Shown here one piece after another: positions 38,203-47,089 of a stretch of DNA of 47,089 bases. Within the stretch, counting starts at the first letter, position 1. Every line of letters starts with the position of its first letter. The position numbers were made by a program, and so were the translations under genes. Below the pieces are notes generated by a model that searched no databases, was not told the origin of the DNA, and saw only the letters and a program-made list of their open reading frames with translations. Source of the DNA: Campylobacterota bacterium (GTDB lineage: Bacteria; Campylobacterota; Campylobacteria; Campylobacterales; Arcobacteraceae); NCBI GenBank assembly GCA_051746405.1, contig JBNJFB010000016.1:1-47089 (forward strand), given 5' to 3'.

Positions 38203-39555
38203 TTAGTTTTTCTTTGTAAACTTCTTGCCTGTAACTAACGCAAGTTTTGCTAATGCTAGTGAGTTTTCATATTTTGCAAATATTAGCTGTACTTCATTAT
38301 CTCTTAAATTTGTTTCTTGTTTAAGAAGATTGGTCATAGAGATTAGCTTATTTTTATACATCATATTTGATTGAGTAAAAATATCTTTTGCAAGAGCTAA
38401 AGCCTCTTTTTTCTCTTTTAGAATCTCTGCTTTTGCTTTTGCATTATGTAGAACCTCTTGAAGTTGAAGGTTTATAGAGTCTTTTAACTTTTGTAAGTTT
38501 ATATTAGCTTTTTGGTAGGCTATTTTACTTTTTTGCTTTTGTATATCTCTTGTTTTATCAAAGAGAGTATATTTCACTCCTATCATAGCATTATAATAGT
38601 CTTTGTCGCTTTGTAAGGTTAGTTTATCATCATTAAATCCATACTCTAAGTGTGAATAAAGTGTTGGAAGATACTCACTTTTTGCTACTTCAACATTTTT
38701 TTTCATAGCCTTTTTATTTAACTTTTGCATTTTTAGCTCATCTCTATTTGCTAAAGCAGTATTTAAAAGAGTATTTTTATGGCTATAATTATACTTAATT
38801 GTTTTTAAGCTTTTTACATCATTTATACTATGGTTTGTGGTTAAAAATCTAAGATATGAAATAGCTAAATCAAATCTATTTTGAGCTTGTATAAGTTCGC
38901 TTTTTACATTTAGTTTATGAACTTTAGCTTGCTTAACATCTATTTTTGTTACTAAGCCTTCATTATTAAACTCTTGAGCAGTTTTTAAAACATACTGCAT
39001 AGTATCATAAGCTTTATTTACAGCTTTGATTAGATTTTTTGCTACTACAGCTGCATTGTATGCTTTTAAAACCTCATAAGAGAGCTCTTTTTTGCTTAAT
39101 TCATATCTTAATTTTTGTGCTTTCTTTTGTAGTTTTAGAATCTCTTTTTGATTTTGTAGTTTAAATCCTGTAAACAAAGGAATATCATAACTAATTTTTG
39201 TGGTTATATTTGTTCTTGCTTTTGGATGATTTAAATTTTTAGGTTCAATATTTGGATTATTTGATTCCATAAACTCCATTGCACCAAAATCATCAAAAGA
39301 GGCCTCTCTTGATGAAAGCTTAGAATTAAAAACATATCCTGAATGATTTGTTCTGCTAGTTTGATTTTCTATGGTTATTTTTCCATAATTATATCCATCA
39401 ACTTTTTTAATATCAAGTTTAGAGTTTTCAATATCTAACTTGCTATTTTTTAAATCATTATTATTTTTAAGGGTCATGTTTAAAGCAGTGTCAAAGTCTA
39501 TTGTCTCAGAAAAAGCCAAACTTGCTAATAATAAAGATAAGTAAAACTTATTCAT
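38203..39555 (-). CDS. TolC-family outer membrane channel
   Basis: Signal peptide, IPLFTG, EGLVTKID, SEYLPTL, YTLFD repeats; first gene of the efflux operon. Confidence 0.88.
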   Translation of the reverse strand: MNKFYLSLLLASLAFSETIDFDTALNMTLKNNNDLKNSKLDIENSKLDIKKVDGYNYGKITIENQTSRTNHSGYVFNSKLSSREASFDDFGAMEFMESNNPNIEPKNLNHPKARTNITTKISYDIPLFTGFKLQNQKEILKLQKKAQKLRYELSKKELSYEVLKAYNAAVVAKNLIKAVNKAYDTMQYVLKTAQEFNNEGLVTKIDVKQAKVHKLNVKSELIQAQNRFDLAISYLRFLTTNHSINDVKSLKTIKYNYSHKNTLLNTALANRDELKMQKLNKKAMKKNVEVAKSEYLPTLYSHLEYGFNDDKLTLQSDKDYYNAMIGVKYTLFDKTRDIQKQKSKIAYQKANINLQKLKDSINLQLQEVLHNAKAKAEILKEKKEALALAKDIFTQSNMMYKNKLISMTNLLKQETNLRDNEVQLIFAKYENSLALAKLALVTGKKFTKKN

Positions 39556-39764
39556 TATCTACTCCAACTGTAATTTTAGTTATTTTACTATATTTGTATA
39601 AGAAAGCAGTTAAAATCAAGCTAATTATTTATAAAAAAAAGTTATATATAAAATGTTTATTTTAACTATAATATATTTTTATAATATTTCATTTTGAAAT
39701 ATATTTCTTAATACAAAATATTTTTTGCTAAAATAACATAAATATAAAAGTAAGGATAAACTTA

Positions 39765-40097
39765 ATGGAAGGCAAAATATTGGTAACTTATAAGATACTA
39801 TGCAAATCAGATTTTAATCTAGAGGTTTCCCTAGAGAAGTTATTAGAAAATGAAAGAGTAGCAAAGGCAATAAAAACAGAGTTTGCAAAAGGTATAAGAA
39901 ATATAGGAATAAGTACAGATAGTAATGATAGTAATATAAAACTGCAAACCAATAAAGAACTTTATGAGTTTGAAGCTAGAAAAGATGACTTTGCAGATTT
40001 AGTCACACTTGCAGAAGAGGATGCCACAGCAAGAAAAATCTTCAAAAAAGATTGTATTGGTGTAGAACTTGTAGATATAGAGACCTTTAGTAAATAG
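39765..40097 (+). CDS. Hypothetical protein
   Basis: 110-aa ORF with AAGGA RBS; no recognised motif. Confidence 0.7.
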   Translation: MEGKILVTYKILCKSDFNLEVSLEKLLENERVAKAIKTEFAKGIRNIGISTDSNDSNIKLQTNKELYEFEARKDDFADLVTLAEEDATARKIFKKDCIGVELVDIETFSK

Positions 40098-40100
40098 TTA

Positions 40101-40209
40101 TCACTTAAAGCTTTGTGCAAGATTACCTATAATCAACTGCCAGCCATCTATTACAATAAAGAAGATGATTTTTATGGGTAAGGATATCATAACAGGCGGT
40201 AGCATCATC
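40101..40209 (-). repeat. att repeat: displaced copy of the last 109 bp of fliP
   Basis: Identical to 44341-44449 except C40197 vs A44437 (synonymous Pro codon). Confidence 0.95.
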
Positions 40210-40280
40210 TTGATAATTCAATCTTTGTATGCACCATGAAATAGGACTTTTGTAGTTAGTTGGATATTATTGGATATATT

Positions 40281-41329
40281 CTAATTATAATTATTGATAT
40301 TTAGTGAGAAGTTATTTTTCTCTGAATCAATGTAAGCTGAATAAACATTGAATAAATATTCTGTAGCAGTATGCCCTAACATTTTTGAAATTTCTGTTAC
40401 TTTAAAATGTCCAGAGTTTAGCATATTTATTGCAAAGGTGTATCTCATTTCGTATTGACGTCTTCTCTTAAAACCTAAGTTGTACAGAAGAGGGTACCAA
40501 TGATTTTGAGCTATCCATTGAGTATCTGACCAAGGTAAGCCATTTGGTCTAGGGAATACATACTCCAAATGCTTTGATATTTGTCTTTGTGATTCAAGGT
40601 ATATTTTAATATTGCTAAATAGTGGAAGTGATCTTATTGATCTTTGCGTTTTTGGAGTTGTATCTTTGTTAAAGTCTCTAGTTCTTCTAACTATAGATTC
40701 TGACTCATTTATATCAATCCATTTAAGAGCAATAAGCTCACCATTTCTTAAGCCTAATCCTGTAGCAACACCAATATAGTTGTGAAACCAACCTGTACCA
40801 TTATCTAAAATAAGTTTTACTTCTGCTACAGAGAAATTTCTTATTATTTGTTTTTTCTTCTTTGGATTCCTAATATTTTTGAATGGATTATCATTTAATA
40901 CTCCATCATAAACTGCTTCTTGAAGTACACCACTAAATACTATACGGTACAGTTCTACTATTTTAGCAGGTTTACCCTGTTTAAAGTGAGAGTTTAGGAA
41001 CTGTTTTAAAGTACTTAGATTGATATCCTTAATCTTTATCTTTCCATATTTTGGTGCAATCTATTTATCTATCTTTTGACAGTACCTATAGTAAGTTCGC
41101 TCTTTTAGTAGATGTTTCTTTTCTTCTTTGAATCTCTTGACATAATACTCTAATGTATTATCAATAATTCTATCTGCAACTACTTCTTGTATAAATTGAG
41201 GTAGTAGTTGAGTTTCAACATATTTGATGTTTTTTCTAGTACTTGGTAGTTCAATAGATCTTTTATATTGTTTTTTATCTACAGTTATATTCATATATTT
41301 TTTCTTTTATAGCTAAATACAGTTGCCAT
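40281..41329 (-). pseudogene. Tyrosine recombinase/integrase pseudogene
   Basis: One frame 41294->40281 broken only by TAG at 41061-41063; encodes DNPF, GLRNGELIALKWIDI, TPKTQRSIR, YEMRYTFA, MLGH, VYSAY; ATG 41329 with GGAG RBS is out of frame by one base. Confidence 0.9.
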
Positions 41330-41499
41330 ATTTCTCCATCTACCAAAATTTATCAATTTTGTTAATTTTAGTTCTTTAAGTGTTACAAGTCTTTAATAAA
41401 GAACTAGGTAGAATAATAACTTTATAAATTTAATGAGACAATTGTGAGACATTATTTTGATATAGTATGAAAAAGATAATTTATTGCTTGGAGAAGAGT

Positions 41500-43563
41500 A
41501 TGAAAAAGAGTATTTTACTACTTATGTTTTTAGTAGGAAGTTTATTTTCTGCTACATTTAATGTATCAACTACCCCAGAGTTAAGAACTGCACTTAATAC
41601 TGCTGCTACCAATGGAGAAGATGATACTATAATCTTAGCTGATGGAACATATAAGACAACAGATGATGGACAAGGTACAACATTTATCTATCTTAGTAAT
41701 GAATCTAATAGTTTGACACTTCAAGGTTCAAGTGCTGATAATGTTATCCTTAGTGGAGATAGTACTCATCAGATAATTGAGTTTAACTCAATTAGCAATG
41801 ACAAAATAAAACTGGAGAAATTAAGTTTTATAGATGCTAATTCATCATCTGCAGGTGGTGCAATTCATACTGAAAGTTTTATTGAAGTAATTGATTGTAA
41901 ATTTATAAATAATGTTGCAAAAAGTCATGGTGGGGGAATATATAATCCGTATGGAAGCTTAGTTATAAATAATTCTACATTTATCAATAATCGTAGTTTA
42001 CGGGGAAGTGGAGGAGGTGTTTCTTCTGCTGATTCAGTAGTTATAAATAATTCTACATTTACTAATAATATCTCACATAAAGAAGGTGGAGGTTTATTTG
42101 CTGAAAATATCCAAATTAAGAATTCATTGTTTAAAGACAACAACTCATCATATGGAGGTGGCTTTTCTTCTGGAAGCATTGGTACTAATTTAATAACTAA
42201 TTCAACATTTGATAATAACTCTGCAAGTGTCAATGGTGGTGGCTTTGCTTCATCAGGTCACAGCATAGTATCAGAGTCTTTGTTTGAGAATAATACAGCA
42301 CAAGGTAGTGGAGGTGGTTTTCATGCTTTTTCTACAGAAGTTATTAACTCTACATTTATTAATAATAAGACATATACTAAAGGAGGTGGCTTTTATTCTT
42401 TTCGTTCAACTGAAGTAAAAAACTCAATATTTAAAAATTACTATAAGGACTATATGGATATGAAAGGGGGTTGTTTTTATTCTGGCGCATCAGCTACAAT
42501 AGTGACTAACTCATTGTTTGCAAATAATTTCAATTGTATTGATCTCGGTAGTTATTCTTCAAATGAACATGTAATTGTTAATAATATTTTTTATAACAAC
42601 ACTTATGATATCAAAGCTTTAGATACAGTTGATATTAAATATCTGAGTAATAATTATATTGATGTATCAAAGTTACAGGTATCAAATATTGCTTCTAATA
42701 ATATATATGAAGGAGTTGAACTTGGATTTATTGATTCAGACAGTTCTAATTTTAATATAACATCTTCTTCAGACTTTATTGATGCTGGAACAACAAATAT
42801 TAATGGATTAAATTTTCCTGATACAGATTTTGAAGGAAATGAGAGAATTATATCTACAAGTATTGATATAGGGCCATATGAGTTTACTTTTTCAAAACCA
42901 ACTATAAATACATTTACATATTCAGGAACAGCTAAAGAATTAAGTCAACTTACTTTCAATATAGAATATACCTTAGAAAGTGGACGAACTATAAGTAAAA
43001 TAGAATATGATTACTCAAATGATGCTACTTGGACTACAACAAATACTCACACTTTTAATACAGCAGGTACATATACTGTAAATGTAAAAGTTACAGATAG
43101 TGAAGGTGAATTTAGTGTAAAATCTTTGGATATTATAGTTGCAGAATTAGCATTTGCAGATATGACTGATGAACAAAAATTAGTTAAAGCAATAGATCCA
43201 CAATACTATAGTGAGATAATGGCTATTATAAATGGTGGAAGTACTCTATCGTATGAAGATGGTAAACAATATGTTCAAGATAATCCCAGTGAATTTAGCC
43301 TTGTTGAAGCAGGTAATATACTTGTAACTGAAGAAGATATTGATGCCATTCCTACTGGGTGGTCTTTATTAGGTTCTCCTTCAGAGATAACAGACTTAAG
43401 TATATTTGCTAATGCTAAAATGGTATGGACATTTGATGAAACAATGCAACAATGGAGTGCATATTCACCTGAAATAGCAGTTCAAAATGATATAGATAAT
43501 TCAACTAGCATTAACACTCTTCACACTATACCTAAGAAAAGAGGATTTTGGGTCAAGAAGTAA
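41500..43563 (+). CDS. Secreted beta-helix (Pmp/pectin-lyase-like repeat) protein with PKD-like domain; putative adhesin or surface protein
   Basis: Signal peptide from ATG 41500 (GGAG RBS); repeated FxNN...GGG/GGA units; IDAG...GNERI...IDIGPYE; HTFNTAGTYTVNVKVTDSEG. Confidence 0.8.
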   Translation: MKKSILLLMFLVGSLFSATFNVSTTPELRTALNTAATNGEDDTIILADGTYKTTDDGQGTTFIYLSNESNSLTLQGSSADNVILSGDSTHQIIEFNSISNDKIKLEKLSFIDANSSSAGGAIHTESFIEVIDCKFINNVAKSHGGGIYNPYGSLVINNSTFINNRSLRGSGGGVSSADSVVINNSTFTNNISHKEGGGLFAENIQIKNSLFKDNNSSYGGGFSSGSIGTNLITNSTFDNNSASVNGGGFASSGHSIVSESLFENNTAQGSGGGFHAFSTEVINSTFINNKTYTKGGGFYSFRSTEVKNSIFKNYYKDYMDMKGGCFYSGASATIVTNSLFANNFNCIDLGSYSSNEHVIVNNIFYNNTYDIKALDTVDIKYLSNNYIDVSKLQVSNIASNNIYEGVELGFIDSDSSNFNITSSSDFIDAGTTNINGLNFPDTDFEGNERIISTSIDIGPYEFTFSKPTINTFTYSGTAKELSQLTFNIEYTLESGRTISKIEYDYSNDATWTTTNTHTFNTAGTYTVNVKVTDSEGEFSVKSLDIIVAELAFADMTDEQKLVKAIDPQYYSEIMAIINGGSTLSYEDGKQYVQDNPSEFSLVEAGNILVTEEDIDAIPTGWSLLGSPSEITDLSIFANAKMVWTFDETMQQWSAYSPEIAVQNDIDNSTSINTLHTIPKKRGFWVKK

Positions 43564-43595
43564 TCACTGTAGTATTATAATGAGTACTAGAGTGA

Positions 43596-43682
43596 TATGA
43601 GTATGCCCCTGATATGTCTGCATTAGCTATTGATATAGTTATGCAGCAGGCTGAAGTATTGAGTGATGAGTGGAGTAAGTAG
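43596..43682 (+). pseudogene. 3' remnant of a type I restriction subunit hsdR
   Basis: Translates YEYAPDMSALAIDIVMQQAEVLSDEWSK*, resembling the HsdR C-terminal YxYPPD...AxxxVxxQAExLxxEW tail; preceded in frame by TGA. Confidence 0.65.
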
Positions 43683-44197
43683 TGAATGATAAGAGTAATA
43701 CATTAAATTTAATTATAGAGTCAATGCCTGCCTCTAGTTTTGTAGAGATAGTTTCTTCACTTCTGGTACCTGTAATTGCAATTATTGGTGCTGTTATAGC
43801 ATTACAACAATATAGAATTAATAAGCAAAGACTCAAACATGAACTCTATGATCGTAGAATGATTGTTTTTAAGCATATGAAAACATATTTATCAGAAATT
43901 ATGAGAGATGGCAGTGTTAGCTATGACAGAGCTATGAAGTTCAATTTTGATACTTCTGAAGCGATATTTCTATTAGATGATAAGATTAATGCTAGAATTA
44001 AGAAAATCTACGAAAAATCAATTGATCTTGCACAGCTACAAGAACAGCTATATCCAAAGGATGGATCAAGAGGACTTCCTGTTGGTGGGAAAAGATCAGA
44101 AGTTTCTAACAAGAAAGATGAGACACTTAAGTGGCTTACATACCAACTTGTTGAATTAAAACCTTTGTTTTCAAAGCATTTGGGTTTAAAGGGGTAA
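43682..44197 (+). CDS. Hypothetical protein with one N-terminal TM helix
   Basis: 171 aa; GTG start overlaps the remnant stop (TAGTG); GGAG RBS; TM IVSSLLVPVIAIIGAVIAL. Confidence 0.75.
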   Translation: MNDKSNTLNLIIESMPASSFVEIVSSLLVPVIAIIGAVIALQQYRINKQRLKHELYDRRMIVFKHMKTYLSEIMRDGSVSYDRAMKFNFDTSEAIFLLDDKINARIKKIYEKSIDLAQLQEQLYPKDGSRGLPVGGKRSEVSNKKDETLKWLTYQLVELKPLFSKHLGLKG

Positions 44198-44340
44198 AAA
44201 ATAATTTTCCAAACATACCCATGGATATAATATGGATATATTTCTGGTCTATTTTTAAGGTTTATTAAAGAAAAGTTTCTATGTTAAATTTATAACTATT
44301 TCTTATAGTTATTAGCAATTCTAAAACCTCTACAGGCCCG

Positions 44341-44449
44341 TCACTTAAAGCTTTGTGCAAGATTACCTATAATCAACTGCCAGCCATCTATTACAATAAA
44401 GAAGATGATTTTTATGGGTAAGGATATCATAACAGGAGGTAGCATCATC
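44341..44449 (-). repeat. att repeat forming the current 3' end of fliP
   Basis: 108/109 identical to 40101-40209. Confidence 0.95.
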
Positions 44450-45078
44450 ATACCAAGGCTCATTAAAATTGATGCTACAATGATATCTATAACTAAGAAG
44501 GGTAAAAATATCAAAAAGCCTATTTCAAATGCTGTTCTAAGTTCACTTACTATAAATGCAGGCATAAGTAAGGTTAGTGGTACTTCTTCTATGTTTTTTG
44601 GATTTGGCTCATTTTTTATTCTATAAAATAAGGCAAGATCAGCTTCTCTTGTATTTTTTATCATAAAGTCTTTAAAAGGTGCTATACCTTTTTCAAATGC
44701 AAGCTCATATCCCATCTCTTCATTCATATATGGTTGTATTGCATCTTCCCATGATTTTTTAGCATATGGTTCCATAATAAATATTGTTAATATTAAACCA
44801 AGAGAGATTATAATTTGAGTTGGTGGTGTTTGTTGTAGTCCTAAAGCTTGTCTTAAAAGTGAAAATACAATAATAATTCTTGTAAATGAAGTAACCATAA
44901 GTAAAAGTGAAGGTGCTAATACAAAAAGTGCAAGTATTATAGCTATGTTGATGGTTCTTACAAATTGAGCTGGTTCTTCAAGTGCTGCAATAGATAGATT
45001 TACCACAGGTAGATTCTCTTGGGCTGCAAACATTGATATACTAAATACTAGTAAGCTTATAACTATTTTCAAATACAA
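44341..45078 (-). CDS. fliP: Flagellar export gate protein FliP
   Basis: TSFTRIIIV, QQTPP, PAFIVSELRTAF, LGMMMLPP..ISLP.K, DGW. Confidence 0.96.
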   Translation of the reverse strand: MYLKIVISLLVFSISMFAAQENLPVVNLSIAALEEPAQFVRTINIAIILALFVLAPSLLLMVTSFTRIIIVFSLLRQALGLQQTPPTQIIISLGLILTIFIMEPYAKKSWEDAIQPYMNEEMGYELAFEKGIAPFKDFMIKNTREADLALFYRIKNEPNPKNIEEVPLTLLMPAFIVSELRTAFEIGFLIFLPFLVIDIIVASILMSLGMMMLPPVMISLPIKIIFFIVIDGWQLIIGNLAQSFK

Positions 45079-45145
45079 ATCCTAAATAAAAATTATTTGG
45101 AATCATATCTAAAGAATGGTTAAAAACTGAATAAATTTAGATATA

Positions 45146-46924
45146 TTACTTTTTTGTAGTGATATATCCTAATTCATAGAGTTTATCATATATCTTACTT
45201 ACAATTCCACCTGCTGCACTACCACCGTGACCACCGTGCTCAACTAGTACTGTTACTACATATTGAGGGTTTTTATATGGTCCATATGAAGTTAACCATG
45301 CGTGGGATCTTTGATAGTATTTTAATTCACTCTCTTTCATTCTTACTTTTTCAGATTGAGGAATACTAACAACTTGTGCAGTTCCTGTTTTTGCTGCAAT
45401 CTCTACTTTTGATGTTATATGATAGTTTGCTGTACCATTTTCATGGTTTACAACTTCATACATCCCTTTTTGCATAAGCTTTACATCTTCTTTTGGAAAA
45501 TCTAACTTCTTTGGTTCTTGATAGTTTAGTTTACTAAAATGAGGTCTTGGTAGTTTTCCACTTGCAAAAAATGCTGTAAACCTAGCCATTTGCATTGGTG
45601 TTACTAGCATATTACCTTGACCAATTGAGGTGATAACTGTTTCACCCACATACCATGGTTTGTCATACTTTTCTTTTTTCCAAGCTTTATTTGGGTTTGT
45701 ACCATAAAACTCATTGATTTGATCAACTCCAGTTTGCTTACCAACACCTAATTTTCCTAAGGTTTTAGATGTTTTATTTACACCAACTCTTAAGCTTCCT
45801 TTATAGAAAAAGTCATCACAACTCTCTCTAATAGCTTTTTTAAATCCTACAATTCCATGACCAAATCTTTTCCAACATCTAAAGTTTCTATTTCCGATTT
45901 TAATAAAGCCTTTATCATTTACTTTAAAATCCCTTTCAACACCATTTTCTAAAAAGGATAGGGCAACACCCATTTTTATAATAGACCCAGGTGGATATAG
46001 ACCATTTACAAGCTTATTTGTAAAGGGATGATTAAAGTCATTTCTCATTATATTCCACTCTTTTACTGAAATTCCTTGTGCAAAGATATTATTATCAAAC
46101 TCTGGGAAAGATGCAGCTGTTAGTATCTCACCATTATTTGCATCCATTACAATTACTGCACCACCCTTATAATCAAAAATCTCTTGAATATACTTTTGTA
46201 ATTCTATATCTAAAGTGGTTTTTATATTGTTGTTTGTAGATGGTTTTTTCTCCTCTAAGATTTCAATCTCTCTATTTAATGCATTTACTTTTACATTTCT
46301 AAACCCTAATGTTCCTTGTAAGTGTTTATTATAGTATTTTTCAAGTCCATTTTTACCAATAATTCCACTATGTTCTGATAGTTGATTTTTTACTATATCA
46401 AGTCTTGTGGCTCTTCCCACATATCCTATTACATGTGAAGCTGCTTTTTTATATGGATAGTTTCTTTTTGTTGCTGATTTTATCTCTATATCATCTTTAG
46501 ATGCAAAAACAGTATATTTTGGAAAAAACTCTTCATATGGTATATAATCTACCACTTCCACAAAATCATGGTTATAAGCTGAGTCCTCTTTTTTATACTC
46601 TTTAAATAGTTTCTCTTTTTTTAAATGAGGAAATTGCTTATTTATAAAACTTATCAAAGAGTCAAGTTTTTGTCTGTTTTGATATGATCTTAAATGTGGT
46701 TTTATGGATATTGAAAAACCCATTTGATTTATAGCTAACTTCTTACCATTTCTATCTTCTATAATACCTCTAATAGGCACAAGGTTTTTTTTACTTATAT
46801 AATTTCTTTTTGATAACTCTTCATAATATGTATTTGATTTTATACTTAGAAAGTAAACCCGCGTAAGTAAAGTTACAATTAAAACAAAGATAAAGATAAA
46901 AATAATATTCAATCTGATTTTCAA
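45146..46924 (-). CDS. mrdA: Penicillin-binding protein 2
   Basis: RGIIEDRNG, YPPGSIIK (SxxK), SCD, KTGTAQ, VEHGG. Confidence 0.93.
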   Translation of the reverse strand: MKIRLNIIFIFIFVLIVTLLTRVYFLSIKSNTYYEELSKRNYISKKNLVPIRGIIEDRNGKKLAINQMGFSISIKPHLRSYQNRQKLDSLISFINKQFPHLKKEKLFKEYKKEDSAYNHDFVEVVDYIPYEEFFPKYTVFASKDDIEIKSATKRNYPYKKAASHVIGYVGRATRLDIVKNQLSEHSGIIGKNGLEKYYNKHLQGTLGFRNVKVNALNREIEILEEKKPSTNNNIKTTLDIELQKYIQEIFDYKGGAVIVMDANNGEILTAASFPEFDNNIFAQGISVKEWNIMRNDFNHPFTNKLVNGLYPPGSIIKMGVALSFLENGVERDFKVNDKGFIKIGNRNFRCWKRFGHGIVGFKKAIRESCDDFFYKGSLRVGVNKTSKTLGKLGVGKQTGVDQINEFYGTNPNKAWKKEKYDKPWYVGETVITSIGQGNMLVTPMQMARFTAFFASGKLPRPHFSKLNYQEPKKLDFPKEDVKLMQKGMYEVVNHENGTANYHITSKVEIAAKTGTAQVVSIPQSEKVRMKESELKYYQRSHAWLTSYGPYKNPQYVVTVLVEHGGHGGSAAGGIVSKIYDKLYELGYITTKK

Positions 46925-47088
46925 AGAAATGCTCCTATAAATAGTAAATCAATGAGTATATTCATAAAAATAGCCTTAGATATGGTTAAATTAATATCAG
47001 TGGAAAATGACCAAATTATTAGCATACCTATATAGAATAAAATAACATATATATACTTGTTTATATTGCTATAAGTAATGCTTCTATT
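46921..47088 (-). CDS. 3' end of a hydrophobic membrane protein, possibly MreD-like, truncated by the window edge
   Basis: Open frame ...YIYVILFYIGMLIIWSF...ILIDLLFIGAFL* whose TGA overlaps the mrdA TTG start; MreD inferred from position only. Confidence 0.6.
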   Translation of the reverse strand, partial: NRSITYSNINKYIYVILFYIGMLIIWSFSTDINLTISKAIFMNILIDLLFIGAFL

Positions 47089-47089
47089 T

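Larger units (their letters stand above)
40101..44449. mobile_element. Decayed integrative element (4240 bp between repeat starts) inserted in the 3' end of fliP
   Basis: 109-bp direct repeats at both ends, tyrosine integrase pseudogene at one end, accessory cargo. Confidence 0.9.

Noticed and set aside
39684..39702. ATATTTCA-TTT-TGAAATAT palindrome upstream of the efflux operon
   Set aside because: Almost entirely A/T in an AT-rich spacer; cannot be distinguished from chance
40281..41294. ORFs 40281..40568 and 41061..41294 as independent genes
   Set aside because: They are fragments of one integrase reading frame
41900..42480. Repetitive DNA in the cargo gene as a CRISPR or DGR-type repeat
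   Set aside because: Degenerate coding repeats of the FxNN/GGG beta-helix; no constant repeat-spacer structure and no cas or RT genes
44292..44312. ATAACTAT-N5-ATAGTTAT palindrome between the convergent island ORF and fliP
   Set aside because: Weak AT-rich stem; could be a terminator or accessory site but has no independent support
24823..44626. Short shadow ORFs (24823, 34990, 36381, 36643, 41925, 43639, 43977, 44405)
   Set aside because: Antisense or alternate-frame shadows of real genes
1..47089. tRNA, rRNA or CRISPR arrays
   Set aside because: None recognised; intergenic regions are short and AT-rich, with no cloverleaf-like or arrayed repeats seen by eye

Overview
Very AT-rich chromosomal segment of a Campylobacterota bacterium, most likely Arcobacteraceae, judged from the gene orders ubiX-coaD-tmk-hisS-speA-cysE, rplI-hslVU and tatD-rlpA-hisB-kdsC-lptC-lptA-yihA. 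It contains: (1) an 11.3-kb ectoine uptake and catabolism locus (TeaABC-type TRAP transporter plus USP; DoeA, M20 deacetylase, EctB-type transaminase, aldehyde dehydrogenase). This locus has no eutABC but carries a Ser/Thr-type proline-racemase-family enzyme and a zinc-free MDR reductase, a candidate new 5-hydroxyectoine dehydration/reduction route and the best lead here. Its large permease also has an extra N-terminal signal peptide plus Ig-like domain. (2) A full-length aconitase A homolog that has lost most catalytic residues. (3) A serine-resolvase homolog without its catalytic Ser, flanked by repeated TTTGTATAA sites. (4) Housekeeping operons, including a tatD that has only an ATT start available. 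(5) Matching FNR-type boxes upstream of a hemerythrin gene and nnrS. (6) A TolC-MFP-split RND efflux operon. (7) A 4.24-kb decayed integrative element inserted in the 3' end of fliP, with a 109-bp direct repeat, a pseudogenised tyrosine integrase, candidate arm sites, an adhesin-like cargo gene and an hsdR remnant. All family assignments come from motif recognition, not database searches.
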